Part shown: piece after piece, positions 10,473-20,642 of the stretch
Layout of the letters: the number at the start of each line of letters is the position of its first letter
How positions within the stretch are numbered: the stretch's first letter is position 1
Position numbers and translations under genes: made by a program
Source of the DNA: Actinomycetota bacterium
Lineage (GTDB): Bacteria > Actinomycetota > Actinomycetes > Actinomycetales > Microbacteriaceae
Assembly: GCA_009704945.1 (NCBI GenBank)
Contig: WLDG01000004.1
Coordinates: forward strand, 6,974 to 70,973
Direction: 5' to 3'
Length of the DNA: 64,000 nt
The notes under the pieces: model-generated
Databases searched by the model: none
What the model saw: only the letters and a program-made list of their open reading frames with translations
What the model was told of the DNA's origin: nothing

Positions 10473-11864
10473 TTAGAGCAACGCTCTAATTGAATTCATC
10501 GCACCGCCCATTACAGCTGGCATTCCGCCGCCTGGGTGAACCGATGCTCCAACTCTGAAAAGCCATGGCTTGGTTATCGAGTGATAGCTGGGAGAGTGGA
10601 ACGGTCCAGACTGCCAGAGTGGATTTTTCTTGCCATAGATAGCACCCAGCGGACCACCAATTCCGGCAAAGTATTGCGGATGCAGGATCTCATAAGTTTC
10701 AAATAGTGAATCAATTGCAACGTCCAAACCGATGACTCGGGATATTCTCTCCAGCTCTTTTCTTACCCACGGTGTAGTCAGATCTGCTTTCTCACCATCT
10801 GCAGCAGCTGTTAGTAGAACTGCCACGGTGGGTTTGGTGTTTTGGTAGATGTTGCCGGGTGTGTAGTAATTCACAAATGCCATTGTTTGATCTGGTTGCT
10901 GATTCTTTTTTAATCTTGAATACAAATCAGCCGGACTGTCTGGCATGACTACCGAGTGAGTAACGGTATTGGCAGGCAGGGGCTGTTTGAGAACTGCATA
11001 GATAGCAACACCCGAGCAGGAGCGAGACTTAGCAGGAGCCTGTGTTTTGCCAGTCAAAAGTTTTTGAGTTAGCTCATTATCGAGTGCTGAGATAACTAAA
11101 TCGCAGCTGTAAGTTTTGTTTTCTGTTACAACTTCACCTTTTCTTATCGCGACAGCTTTGACACCAAGCTGGATGTCTGCACCAGACTTGATTGCCAGCT
11201 CGGCTAAGAACTGGGGCAGTTGATTTACTCCGCCAGCTGGAACAGATATTCCTTGCTCGCTCATGATTGCTGTCACCGATGCAAAAATCGGCAGAGTTTG
11301 ATCAGGAGCCACCCCAGCATTGAGAGTATGGATAGCGATAAGTTCCCTCAGTCCCCCTGGCATCCAACTAAGGGATTTCAAATACTTCTCGGTGTTGAGT
11401 CTTCCGCCATAAACAGAGAGAAGTTTCCCGAGTGCGCCAAGAGTCTTGGTGTCTAGCGGGTGTGAAGTAAGAAGCTCAGCAATTGCACCTTCCAGAGGCG
11501 CATGCTCTGCAACAAATCTTTCCCAGGCTCGATACCAGGGGTGATTAGTTGGAATTGGAATATCAATTTCTTCACCGCGGAAGAAGTAGCGACCAACCTC
11601 TGGAAGCCTTAGAAACTTTGGTGGGTTTTCAACGCGTCCGCCGAGTGATTCATATTTGCTAAGCAGTTGCTGCCAAACCTGCGGAAAGGTAACCAGGGAT
11701 GGACCGCTATCAATAGTTTGTCCTGCCATCTGGAATCTTCTGCTTTTGCCACCAACCCAGGCTCCCTGCTCTAGCACCGTTACCTTGTGTCCCTTTTGGG
11801 CCAGCAGCGCAGCTGCTGTTAGGCCACCAAAGCCGGCACCAACTATGACTATTGATTTACTCAT
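10473..11864 (-). CDS. Phytoene/carotenoid desaturase family FAD oxidoreductase (CrtI/CrtD-like)
   Basis: Motifs GAGFGG, GGK...DSGPS and C-terminal VGASVHPGGGMP. Coupled to a UbiA-family gene. Confidence 0.8.
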   Translation of the reverse strand: MSKSIVIVGAGFGGLTAAALLAQKGHKVTVLEQGAWVGGKSRRFQMAGQTIDSGPSLVTFPQVWQQLLSKYESLGGRVENPPKFLRLPEVGRYFFRGEEIDIPIPTNHPWYRAWERFVAEHAPLEGAIAELLTSHPLDTKTLGALGKLLSVYGGRLNTEKYLKSLSWMPGGLRELIAIHTLNAGVAPDQTLPIFASVTAIMSEQGISVPAGGVNQLPQFLAELAIKSGADIQLGVKAVAIRKGEVVTENKTYSCDLVISALDNELTQKLLTGKTQAPAKSRSCSGVAIYAVLKQPLPANTVTHSVVMPDSPADLYSRLKKNQQPDQTMAFVNYYTPGNIYQNTKPTVAVLLTAAADGEKADLTTPWVRKELERISRVIGLDVAIDSLFETYEILHPQYFAGIGGPLGAIYGKKNPLWQSGPFHSPSYHSITKPWLFRVGASVHPGGGMPAVMGGAMNSIRALL

Positions 11865-12703
11865 ACGACATTGAAAAGAACATAGAGCGTTACCAGCTGC
11901 ACACCAGCTACCGTTCCCGCTACATACGGAAACGCAATTGAATACTTATATACATCGTGTGCTTTCTGCGGAGTTGGCTCACGCCAAACCGAGATGATTA
12001 AGTAGCTCGAGATTGCAAGATTCACTAGCGCTACCGGCAAGTTCACCATGAAGAAAATTATGGTTGAGAGCATCCACCAAAGACCCGACCAAATCAGGGT
12101 GCCCTTGACTCCCAGGTGAACAGCGGTAGTTCTAATTCCAGTTTCACTATCCTGCGGAATATCTTGAATTGCGTCATAAGCATGCTTGGCAATAGACCAA
12201 ACCATCAGTGCAACAACTGCGGCCCAGAGCGGCTCATAACCAAGAGCCAATGGCACGAAGGCAAGTGGGAATGCGTAGTCGGTGTTAGAAAGGCTGTCGA
12301 GATATGGTCTTGCCTTAAATCGAAGCGGCGGCGCTGAATAAAAAGTGAAGAACAGGGCGTAGGCAATCATCCACCACACTGCAGCCGCAGGCAGGGTGAG
12401 AGCAAAGTAAATAAGGAATGGAACGTTGGTGGCAATGACACCAATCCAAATGGGCTTTACTTCATTTGGAAATATGTGGGCCCCTTCATAGGAACCCTTG
12501 CGAGCATTGATGTTGTCAGTTTCCTGATCAAAGATGTCGTTGATGCCATAGATAAGAAGGTTAAAGGGAAAGGTAACCCAGATCAGAATGGGCAGGATTT
12601 CCCAGGTCCAAAGCTGGCCGGTTAGCCACATCCCCATGACGGTGGTTCCAATGGTGTTGACCCAGAGGACAGGTCTCGAGATTTCGATAAGCCGCTTCAG
12701 CAC
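11861..12703 (-). CDS. UbiA-family prenyltransferase, lycopene elongase (CrtEb/LyeJ)-like
   Basis: Motifs SRPVLWVNT, YGINDIFDQETD, YSAPPLRFK and AIQDIPQD. GTG start 6 nt after TAGGCT. Confidence 0.82.
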   Translation of the reverse strand: MLKRLIEISRPVLWVNTIGTTVMGMWLTGQLWTWEILPILIWVTFPFNLLIYGINDIFDQETDNINARKGSYEGAHIFPNEVKPIWIGVIATNVPFLIYFALTLPAAAVWWMIAYALFFTFYSAPPLRFKARPYLDSLSNTDYAFPLAFVPLALGYEPLWAAVVALMVWSIAKHAYDAIQDIPQDSETGIRTTAVHLGVKGTLIWSGLWWMLSTIIFFMVNLPVALVNLAISSYLIISVWREPTPQKAHDVYKYSIAFPYVAGTVAGVQLVTLYVLFNVV

Positions 12704-12826
12704 CCTCACAGCCTATGCGTTATAAGGAAATTCACTTATGTGCAGGTTGAAGCGGTAGCATTCACCATTGTGAGAAGTAATAATTGGCACATCCGCTCAG
12801 CTCTGAGCACCAATGTGAAGGTATAA

Positions 12827-13837
12827 ATGGCGACTATTACACCACTTCTCCCACCTGCCGCAGGCAAAGTCAGCGATGACAAAGCATCTGCCATGGCAGC
12901 CCTGGAATCCCTGCTGGCTATCCGTTTCTTTGAAGAGGCGGTCGATGGCATGTTTGCCAGGGGCCTAATGCACGGCACCATGCACCTCTCTATTGGCCAA
13001 GAGGCCGTGGCAACCGGTGTTTGTGCAGCGCTCAGACAAACCGACTTCATTACCTCCACACACCGCGGCCACTCTCACTGCATCGCTAAGGGAGCAGACC
13101 TCACTCGCATGATGGCAGAGCTGCTTGCCAAGCAGACCGGCTACTGCCGAGGCCGCGGGGGATCTATGCACATCGCCGATGCCAAAACTGGCAACCTCGG
13201 TGCCAATGGAATTGTTGCCGGTGGTATTCCAATCGCTGCAGGTGCTGCACTTGCCCAAAAACTAAAAAAGACCGACAACGTCGTGGTCAGCTTCTTTGGC
13301 GATGGTGCAACTAACGAAGGCGCATTCCACGAAGCTCTCAACCTTGCCTCAGTTTGGGATCTGCCGGTGATTTTTGTTTGTGAAAACAATAAATATGGAA
13401 TGAGCTTCTCAACTGCTAAGAGCATGAAGGTTGAGAGAATTTCAGAACGTGCTGCTGCTTATGCAATGCCGGGAGTAACAGTAGACGGCAACGATGTTGA
13501 CGCTGTTTATGAAGCAACCAAGCAGGCGGTCGACAGAGCAAGAGCAGGACAGGGACCAACTCTGATCGAGTGCGTCACCTACCGCCACAAAGGCCACTCC
13601 AAGAGCGACAAGAACCTCTACCGCACCAAAGAAGAAATTGATTTTTGGAAAACCAAAGACCCAGTGGGCAAGTTTGAAACCTTGCTAATTGAAAAAGGAA
13701 TCCTCACCAAAGAGCAGGCAGAGCAGATCACTGAGAACGTTCGAAACGAAATCAGAAACGCCATTACCGAAGCGCAAGCTGCTCCGGACTCCGATCCAGC
13801 AGAGCTCCTCAGCTCAGTATTCAGGGCGGTGAACTAA
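12827..13837 (+). CDS. TPP-dependent dehydrogenase E1 alpha (AcoA/PdhA-like)
   Basis: Motifs [28 protein letters not shown]...ENN and GHSKSD. Confidence 0.92.
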   Translation: MATITPLLPPAAGKVSDDKASAMAALESLLAIRFFEEAVDGMFARGLMHGTMHLSIGQEAVATGVCAALRQTDFITSTHRGHSHCIAKGADLTRMMAELLAKQTGYCRGRGGSMHIADAKTGNLGANGIVAGGIPIAAGAALAQKLKKTDNVVVSFFGDGATNEGAFHEALNLASVWDLPVIFVCENNKYGMSFSTAKSMKVERISERAAAYAMPGVTVDGNDVDAVYEATKQAVDRARAGQGPTLIECVTYRHKGHSKSDKNLYRTKEEIDFWKTKDPVGKFETLLIEKGILTKEQAEQITENVRNEIRNAITEAQAAPDSDPAELLSSVFRAVN

Positions 13838-14826
13838 TGAGCGAAAGAGTAATCACTTACGCAGAAGCCATCCGCGAAGCCATTGGTCAAGCTATGGAGT
13901 CAGACCCCAGCGTGTTCATGCTCGGAGAAGACATCGGTGTTTACGGCGGCGCCTTTGGAGTATCAGGCGACCTCTATCACCGCTTTGGTGAAGAAAGGGT
14001 TCGCGATACGCCCATCTCTGAGATGGGAATCGTTGGTGCAGCGGTTGGTGCAGCGCTAGTAGGCATGAAGCCAATCGTTGAAATCCAGTTTTCTGACTTC
14101 ACCGCTCACGCCATGGATCAGATTGTGAACCAGGCAGCCAAGATTCATTTCATGCTCGGTGGCGAGTTGTCTGTGCCGATGGTGCTCAGAGCTCCATCCG
14201 GTTCAGGCACCGGTGCTGCCGCCCAGCACTCACAGAGCCTAGAAACCTGGTTTGCCCACGTGCCAGGACTCAAGGTTGTTCTTCCTAGCTCCCCAATGGA
14301 AGCCAAGGGACTACTGCTATCAGCAATCGATGATCCAAACCCGGTGATTGTTCTAGAGCACAAGCTGCTTTACAAAACCTCAGGTCATGTGCCAGAAGAG
14401 ATGTATAAAACTCCGATTGGAGTTGCCAGGGTTCTGCGCGAAGGAAAAGACCTAACCATTGTGGCAACCGGTGTGATGGTTTCTCGATCACTGGAAGCAG
14501 CAGCTCAGCTTTCTCAAATGGGAATCGAAGCAACCGTGATTGACCCAAGAACTCTCTCTCCACTAGACATGGGTCCAATCAACGATTCCATATCTCAAAC
14601 TGGTCGAGTAATGCTGGTGCAGGAGGCTCCGAAGCACGTTGGTTTTATTGCTGAAATCGCAGCAAGAATTTCCGAAGGCCCAGCCATTTATTCACTAACC
14701 GAACCGGTGAAGAGACTTTGCGGTATGGACGTTCCAATTCCTTATGCCCCACAACTAGAGAAGGCAGTTGTTCCGCAACTGCCAGACATTGTTAGTGGTG
14801 CGCAAGATCTAATGAGGGGCGTCTAA
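13837..14826 (+). CDS. TPP-dependent dehydrogenase E1 beta
   Basis: Motifs GEDIG, DTPISE, EIQFSDF, QHSQ and PGLKVV. Confidence 0.92.
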   Translation: MSERVITYAEAIREAIGQAMESDPSVFMLGEDIGVYGGAFGVSGDLYHRFGEERVRDTPISEMGIVGAAVGAALVGMKPIVEIQFSDFTAHAMDQIVNQAAKIHFMLGGELSVPMVLRAPSGSGTGAAAQHSQSLETWFAHVPGLKVVLPSSPMEAKGLLLSAIDDPNPVIVLEHKLLYKTSGHVPEEMYKTPIGVARVLREGKDLTIVATGVMVSRSLEAAAQLSQMGIEATVIDPRTLSPLDMGPINDSISQTGRVMLVQEAPKHVGFIAEIAARISEGPAIYSLTEPVKRLCGMDVPIPYAPQLEKAVVPQLPDIVSGAQDLMRGV

Positions 14827-15947
14827 TGCCAAAGACACCGGTGGTCATGCCAAAGATGAGCATGACGATGACTGAGGGTGAAGTGGTTGAAATCACTGTT
14901 GCCGTTGGTCAGCAGGTGAGCGCGGGAGATGTGGTTGCAGTTGTTGGCACCGACAAGACAGACATGGAAGTTGAGTCAGACCACACCGGCACCGTGATGG
15001 AAGTAGTAGCAGCTCCCGGTCAAGTTCTAGAAGTTGGATCACCACTATTGGTTTTAGAAACCGAAGGCGAAGATCTCCTGGCCGGAATGTTTGGCTCCGC
15101 CGAACCGGCACCGGTAGCAGAACCCGTTGCACCAATCGCAGAACCGGCTCCAATTGCTGAACCTGTCGCTGCAGCACCAATTGCTAGTGCCATAGTCGAG
15201 GTAGCTCCTGTTCCTGCTTCTGAGATTTTGGCGATGCCCGGCGCTCGTAAGCTTGCTAAAGAGCAAGGTATTGATTTATCTAAGGTGAAGCCTGCTTCAC
15301 CAGCGGGAATCATCAAGCAATCGGATCTTGGTGTTAGCCCGGCCAAGGTCGATAAAGCCCGTGCTCTGATTGCCTCGGTTGTGGAAAGCTCTCTGCAGAT
15401 CCCACAATTTTCTGTTAGTGGTTCCATCAAGTTGAAGAAGAGCTTGCCGAAGAACTTTGATGAAAGATTCATTGTGCTAGCAAGAGCTTGGGTCAGAACA
15501 CTTGCCAAACACCCACAACTTAATCAGCGATACGAGGCTGGCAGTTTTGTGAGTGTCACACCAAAGATTGCAGCGCTAGTGAAAACAGATTTGGGCTTTG
15601 TCTCACCGGTCTTTTCAACTGAATCCATTGGTTCCAATGAATGGCCAGAAAAGGTCAGGCAAGTTCTTTCGCTGGCAAGACAGAAGAAGATTCCACTGGA
15701 AAACCTTTCTGGCTCAACCACCTCCATCACAGATTTGAGCGAGTTCGGAATTGAGCAGGCCAACACGTTGCTGTTTGCCCCGCAAACCTCTGGCTTCAAC
15801 ATCGGGGCAATCAAGGAGAAAAAGGGCAAGGTGAGAATCAGCTTCACGTTAGTGGTTGATCACCGAGTGGCCGATCCGGGCGACGCGGCGCTGGTAGTGA
15901 AGACATTTGAGAAAGAACTAGGGGAGGTTCTGGGTGGCAACAGCTAG
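14826..15947 (+). CDS. Dihydrolipoamide acyltransferase E2 (divergent)
   Basis: Lipoyl domain (TDKTDMEV), Ala/Pro linker, E3-binding domain (PGARKLAKEQGIDL) and catalytic DHR motif. Confidence 0.85.
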   Translation: MPKTPVVMPKMSMTMTEGEVVEITVAVGQQVSAGDVVAVVGTDKTDMEVESDHTGTVMEVVAAPGQVLEVGSPLLVLETEGEDLLAGMFGSAEPAPVAEPVAPIAEPAPIAEPVAAAPIASAIVEVAPVPASEILAMPGARKLAKEQGIDLSKVKPASPAGIIKQSDLGVSPAKVDKARALIASVVESSLQIPQFSVSGSIKLKKSLPKNFDERFIVLARAWVRTLAKHPQLNQRYEAGSFVSVTPKIAALVKTDLGFVSPVFSTESIGSNEWPEKVRQVLSLARQKKIPLENLSGSTTSITDLSEFGIEQANTLLFAPQTSGFNIGAIKEKKGKVRISFTLVVDHRVADPGDAALVVKTFEKELGEVLGGNS

Positions 15948-16905
15948 AGACAGGGGTCTGATTGTGAAGGTGGCTCGTATGTATTACGAGCAGAACATGT
16001 CACAAGACCAGATTGCTCGTGCTCTAATGACCTCCCGGTCCAACATCTCTCGCATTCTCTCGGTTGCTAAAAAAAGAGGCGTTGTTGAAATCAAAATCAA
16101 CGAGGCCACTAAGCGCGAAACTCAAATTGAAGAGATGTTGATTTCAAAGTTTGGTCTACGTGCAGCACTGGTAGCAAAGGTGCCAAGAACCACCTCTGAT
16201 TACCAGGCGGTTGGCCAACTGGCAGTGCAGAGCTTTCTGAATCACCTAAAGCCAAGAGTTCGTGTTGCAGTTTCCTGGGGAAGATCAATTCAGTCAATGG
16301 TGGAAGCACTGGAACCTGAAAATCGTCCCGATGTAACTTTCATTCCGCTAATGGGCGGCATGACAGAAATACCAGCCTCTTACTCTGGCGAAACACTCAT
16401 TAGATCACTGGCAGAAAAATACAACGCAGACTTTCAAATTCTTCATGCACCAACCATCGTTCAATCACCCGATATCAAAGTTGCTTTGATGAAAGAACCC
16501 AGTGTTGCAACCGTGATTGACGCTGCTAGAACTGCCGATGTGGCATTTGTTGGAATTGGTTCCAAGGGAGCTAATAGCTCTCTTCACATCCTCGAGTCAG
16601 CCGGCATCAATGAAAAGGAAAACCCAGAGTTCTTTGCAAAGTGGGCAGGCGATCTAGCCGGCAGATTCTTTGACAGAGATGGCAAGAGCATTAACTCTCG
16701 TCTTGACTCCAGAACCGTTGGACTTGAACTAAATGAGCTAGCCAGAATTAGAAGAGTGGTTGGTGTCGCAGCAGGCGACGAGAAGACAGAGGGTATTCTG
16801 GCGGCACTCAGAGGTGGTTTGATTTCGGAGCTAGTGACATCATCTAACTGTGCAATGAAACTGCTGGAAGCAGCCGAGAGTAAGAAGCTAGGAGAGTTGG
16901 TCTGA
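15934..16905 (+). CDS. SorC/DeoR-family sugar-binding transcriptional regulator
   Basis: HTH VARMYYEQNMSQDQIA...SR, plus SWGRS, GG and VAAGDEK. Confidence 0.9.
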   Translation: MATARDRGLIVKVARMYYEQNMSQDQIARALMTSRSNISRILSVAKKRGVVEIKINEATKRETQIEEMLISKFGLRAALVAKVPRTTSDYQAVGQLAVQSFLNHLKPRVRVAVSWGRSIQSMVEALEPENRPDVTFIPLMGGMTEIPASYSGETLIRSLAEKYNADFQILHAPTIVQSPDIKVALMKEPSVATVIDAARTADVAFVGIGSKGANSSLHILESAGINEKENPEFFAKWAGDLAGRFFDRDGKSINSRLDSRTVGLELNELARIRRVVGVAAGDEKTEGILAALRGGLISELVTSSNCAMKLLEAAESKKLGELV

Positions 16906-16906
16906 T

Positions 16907-17293
16907 ATGGAAGTACTAATTTGGATTCTGCTGGTAATCGCAGTGATGTGGGTGTTCCAGCTCTATTTAGCTGTGAAGCAATCCCAGAGATTTGCTGATG
17001 CTCTCAAGGAGATCAGAACCCCCGGCACCACCACGACGGTGGGAATGGGTGGTTACCGCTATCGCGGTGGCAGGGCTTTCGTAGCCCTGGCCCAAAAGGA
17101 CGGAGTGGTCACCGGGGCCAGGATTCTGACCGGTTTGACCGTCTTCGCAAACGCAAAACCGCTCAACGAGCTGGTCGGCCACAAGCTGACAGACCTGGCT
17201 GAGGGCAAAGGCCTTGAGAAATCAAAGAAAAAGGTGGTGGAGGCTACCCAAATGGCGGCCAAAACACTACTAGACCAGAATGCACAAACGTGA
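16907..17293 (+). CDS. gutM: Glucitol operon activator GutM/SrlM-like
   Basis: N-terminal hydrophobic segment with WVFQ, plus GLTVFA; lies just before the srl PTS genes. Confidence 0.75.
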   Translation: MEVLIWILLVIAVMWVFQLYLAVKQSQRFADALKEIRTPGTTTTVGMGGYRYRGGRAFVALAQKDGVVTGARILTGLTVFANAKPLNELVGHKLTDLAEGKGLEKSKKKVVEATQMAAKTLLDQNAQT

Positions 17294-17383
17294 CTATCTA
17301 GCCTCTAATTGGCTGGGAGTTTCTGGGCTAGCGTAACGAACAGCACGGTCGACGTCGACTGTGTTCGATCCAAAGGAGGGTTG

Positions 17384-17965
17384 ATGAATATATTCACCAA
17401 CGCTGAGACGGTTGCCGAACCGACAGGCGTATGGGGAGCGATTGCTGGTGGAGCCGAATACTTCATCAGTATCTTCAACCGAGGCGGTGAAGTTTTCTTT
17501 AGCCTCATGGGCGGAATTCTTCCGACTCTGGTTGTTTTGTTAACTGCAGTTAACGCTCTCGTCCGAATCATTGGTACTGACAAGATCGAGAACCTGGGCC
17601 GCAAAGCAGCTCAGCCTGGTCTTCAGTGGTACCCAGTGCGCTACATGGTATTGCCATTCTTGGCAGTATTCTTCCTAACGAACCCAATGGCTTACACCAT
17701 GGGTCGTTTCCTACCTGAGCGTTACAAGCCTGCGTTCTATGACTCCGCAGTGTCTTACGTTCACCCAATTACAGGTCTGTTCCCACACGCAAACCCAGGT
17801 GAGCTTTTCGTTTACCTAGGTATCGCTGCTGGTATCACGACGCTAGGACTAGGTCTTGGTGACCTAGCTCTTCGTTACCTGCTAGTTGGTCTAGTAGTTA
17901 TCTTCATCCGTGGAATTGTGACCGAGTGGATCACAGCCAGGATGCTAGCTAGGAAGGCGGCGTAA
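17384..17965 (+). CDS. srlA: PTS glucitol/sorbitol-family EIIC
   Basis: Motifs GILPTL, NPMAYTMGRFLPE, HPITGLFPHANPGE; RBS AAGGAGG before ATG 17384. Confidence 0.9.
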   Translation: MNIFTNAETVAEPTGVWGAIAGGAEYFISIFNRGGEVFFSLMGGILPTLVVLLTAVNALVRIIGTDKIENLGRKAAQPGLQWYPVRYMVLPFLAVFFLTNPMAYTMGRFLPERYKPAFYDSAVSYVHPITGLFPHANPGELFVYLGIAAGITTLGLGLGDLALRYLLVGLVVIFIRGIVTEWITARMLARKAA

Positions 17966-17967
17966 CA

Positions 17968-18507
17968 ATGGACGGACTAAACAAAGTATTAGTAACCATT
18001 GGTCGCGGTGTAGGTGGCGTGGTTGGTACCTTGTACCAAGCAGGTCGCGACACTATCGACACAATCATTCGCAACATCCTGCCTTTCATGGCGTTCATTT
18101 CATTCATCATCGGTCTAGTTCTAGTAACCGGTATTGGTGACGTGATTGCCCAGGGCATCAAGGGTCTCGCTGGCAACATTGTCGGTCTTCTGATCGTTTC
18201 TGTTGTTTGTGCTATTCCTGTTCTCTCCCCGCTGCTAGGTCCAGGTGCTGTTATTGCACAGGTCGTTGGAACCCTGCTCGGTGTTGAGATTGGTAAGGGA
18301 ACTATCCCTCCACAGATGGCACTACCAGCTCTATTCGCAATCAACCCACAGGTTGGTTGTGACTTCATTCCAGTGGGTCTAGCCCTTGGAGAAGCAGAGC
18401 CTGAGACTGTAGAGGTTGGAGTACCAGCTGTGCTGTTCTCCCGCCTTATCACCGGACCGCTATCTGTCGTAATCGCTTACGTCGCTAGCTTCGGCCTATA
18501 CAGCTAA
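17968..18507 (+). CDS. srlE: PTS glucitol/sorbitol EIIBC, C-terminal membrane half as a separate gene
   Basis: Motifs YQAGRDTID, ILPFMAF, LSPLLGPGAVIAQ, LPALFAIN and CDFIPVGL. Confidence 0.85.
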   Translation: MDGLNKVLVTIGRGVGGVVGTLYQAGRDTIDTIIRNILPFMAFISFIIGLVLVTGIGDVIAQGIKGLAGNIVGLLIVSVVCAIPVLSPLLGPGAVIAQVVGTLLGVEIGKGTIPPQMALPALFAINPQVGCDFIPVGLALGEAEPETVEVGVPAVLFSRLITGPLSVVIAYVASFGLYS

Positions 18508-18533
18508 GAAACAAAAACATCCTTTCGGGGGTT

Positions 18534-18570
18534 ATCAGAGGATGGGTCGTTCTTCGGCCCATCCTCTGAT
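18534..18570 (+). promoter_or_regulatory. Intra-operonic 16-bp RNA hairpin without U tail
   Basis: ATCAGAGGATGGGTCG-TTCTT-CGGCCCATCCTCTGAT. Confidence 0.7.
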
Positions 18571-18609
18571 TACTAATCAGGGTATTAATTAGTTAAAAAG
18601 GAGATCCAA

Positions 18610-18981
18610 ATGGCAGAGTACAAGGCAGTAAAGATCGACAAGGGCCCAGGCGGCTGGGGTGGACCACTAACCATCAAGCCAACCGATGCACGTCCTTACA
18701 TCTATTCAGTGACCGGTGGCGGTATTCACCCCCTGGCTCAAAAGATCGCTGACCTAACTGGGGGAATCGCATTCGATGGCTTTGCCTCATCCAAGAAGTT
18801 TGAAGAGATCGCAGTGGCAGTGATTGACTGCGGTGGAACAGCACGTATCGGTGTTTACCCGATGAAGAAGGTTCCAACCGTTGACATTCACGCAACTAGC
18901 CCTGCCGGTCCTCTTGCAATGTTCATCACCGAAGACCTGCTGGTCACCGGTGTGAAGCTAGACAACATCAACCTGGCCTAG
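18610..18981 (+). CDS. srlE: PTS glucitol/sorbitol EIIB (SrlE N-terminal domain) as a separate gene
   Basis: Motifs KGPGGWGGPL, TGG, IDCGGTARIGVYP (phosphorylated Cys) and GPLAMFI; RBS AAGGAG. Confidence 0.85.
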   Translation: MAEYKAVKIDKGPGGWGGPLTIKPTDARPYIYSVTGGGIHPLAQKIADLTGGIAFDGFASSKKFEEIAVAVIDCGGTARIGVYPMKKVPTVDIHATSPAGPLAMFITEDLLVTGVKLDNINLA

Positions 18982-18989
18982 GGAGAAAA

Positions 18990-19358
18990 ATGACAGTGCT
19001 TTACAAAAGCACCGTCACTGAAATTGGCGAGCTGGTTCCAAGCTTCATTGCTGAGGGAATGCTGGTTTTTTTTGGTGAGAGTGCGCCGGAGGAGCTTCGC
19101 ACCTTCTGCATCATCCATAAGTTGGAGCATGCAGAGGGGCAAGTAAAGACAGGTGACTTTGTTTCAATTGACGGACACGAGTTCGAAGTGCTCTCGGTCG
19201 GATCAGTTGCTAACGACAACCTTTACAACCTCGGCCACCTCAACCTAAAAGCCAACGGCAACACAGTTGCTGATCTGCCAGGCGATGTTTCAATCGCCAA
19301 GGTTGATTTGCCAGAGGTAAAAATCGGAACCCAGATCGAGATAACCAGGAGAGACTAA
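18990..19358 (+). CDS. srlB: PTS glucitol/sorbitol EIIA
   Basis: Motifs FGESAPEEL...CIIH and VGSVANDNLYNLGH. Confidence 0.88.
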   Translation: MTVLYKSTVTEIGELVPSFIAEGMLVFFGESAPEELRTFCIIHKLEHAEGQVKTGDFVSIDGHEFEVLSVGSVANDNLYNLGHLNLKANGNTVADLPGDVSIAKVDLPEVKIGTQIEITRRD

Positions 19359-20636
19359 ATGCAATACCGCCTCAAGCTGCAAGAGCTAGCAAAAAAGAAC
19401 GGACGACCATTCCGCATCGCACTGGTTGGTGCTGGGCAAATGGGTCGCGGTTTTGCAGCTCAAGCACACCGCTTGGGGCTAGAGGTGGCAGCGGTTGCTG
19501 ACATCGCACCAGATCGCATCAACCAGGCTTTCCATGATCTTGGTCACCCATCACCTCTTATCTCTTCCGACCCAGCAGAGCTAAACAAGCTAATCAAAGC
19601 TGGCCAGCCTGCGGGAACCACCAACGCCGACATAGTTCCGCAGCTCGACGTTGATGTCGTAGTTGAGGCAACCGGTGTTGCCGCAATTGGTGCAGACATT
19701 ATTTATAAGTCGCTCTCGGCTTCCAAGCACGTAGCAACCTTGAACGTTGAAGCCGATGTCACGGTTGGTCCAATCCTGCATAAGACCGCTAAAGAGCACG
19801 GAGTGCTCTACTCGGTCTGTAATGGAGATGAGCCAACCGAAGCGAAAGAACTGGTTGATTTCGCGAGAGATCTTTCTTTTGAAATCATCATGGCTGGTAA
19901 GGGTAAGAACAATCCGTTTGAGCCGCACTCTAACCCTGACACCGTGGCAGAGCGCGCAGCCAAGAAACACATGAATCCAAAGATGCTCGCTTCTTTCACT
20001 GATGGCTCAAAGACCATGATTGAAATGGCAGCGCTTGCTAACGCAACCGGACTAAAGCTCACCAAGCGCGGAATGATTGGCCCAGCTGCCACCAGAATGA
20101 CTTTGCATGATGTCTTCAAGCCAAAGAGTGAAGGCGGAGTGCTGGACGAGGTTGGTGTAGTTGACTACTGCACCGGCGATGTCGCTCCAGGTGTATTTGT
20201 TGTAATCAAGACCGAAGCTCCATACGTAGCAGAAGAGATGAGCTATCTGTCGATGGGACCTGGTCCTTACTTTGCTCTCTACCGTCCCTACCACCTAGCG
20301 TCTGTCGAAGCTCCACTAACTGTTGCCAAGATGTTGGTGGACGGTTATGAGTCACTGGCAACTGACTCCAGAATGACTGAAGTGATTGCTTCTACTAAGA
20401 AGGAACACAAGCAAGGTGAAAAGTTTGATGGCATTGGCGGCTACTCAGCAAGAGGCGTTGCCGACATCGTTCAGGATGCTAAGCGCGACAATCTAGTTCC
20501 AATTGGCCTACTGCAAAACGCAGTTGCTAAGCGCGATCTTCCAATTGATCACCTTGTCACCTATGACGATGTTGAACTGGATGAGAACGCAACTATTTAT
20601 AAGCTTCGTAAGATCCAGGACGAGCTAGGACTCTAG
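19359..20636 (+). CDS. NAD(P)-dependent oxidoreductase with C-terminal SAF domain (homoserine-dehydrogenase-like, COG4091 type)
   Basis: Motifs GAGQMG, EATG, NVEADVTVG, FTDGSKTMIEM, RPYHL, DGIGGY and PIGL. Confidence 0.85.
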   Translation: MQYRLKLQELAKKNGRPFRIALVGAGQMGRGFAAQAHRLGLEVAAVADIAPDRINQAFHDLGHPSPLISSDPAELNKLIKAGQPAGTTNADIVPQLDVDVVVEATGVAAIGADIIYKSLSASKHVATLNVEADVTVGPILHKTAKEHGVLYSVCNGDEPTEAKELVDFARDLSFEIIMAGKGKNNPFEPHSNPDTVAERAAKKHMNPKMLASFTDGSKTMIEMAALANATGLKLTKRGMIGPAATRMTLHDVFKPKSEGGVLDEVGVVDYCTGDVAPGVFVVIKTEAPYVAEEMSYLSMGPGPYFALYRPYHLASVEAPLTVAKMLVDGYESLATDSRMTEVIASTKKEHKQGEKFDGIGGYSARGVADIVQDAKRDNLVPIGLLQNAVAKRDLPIDHLVTYDDVELDENATIYKLRKIQDELGL

Positions 20637-20642
20637 GAAGTT

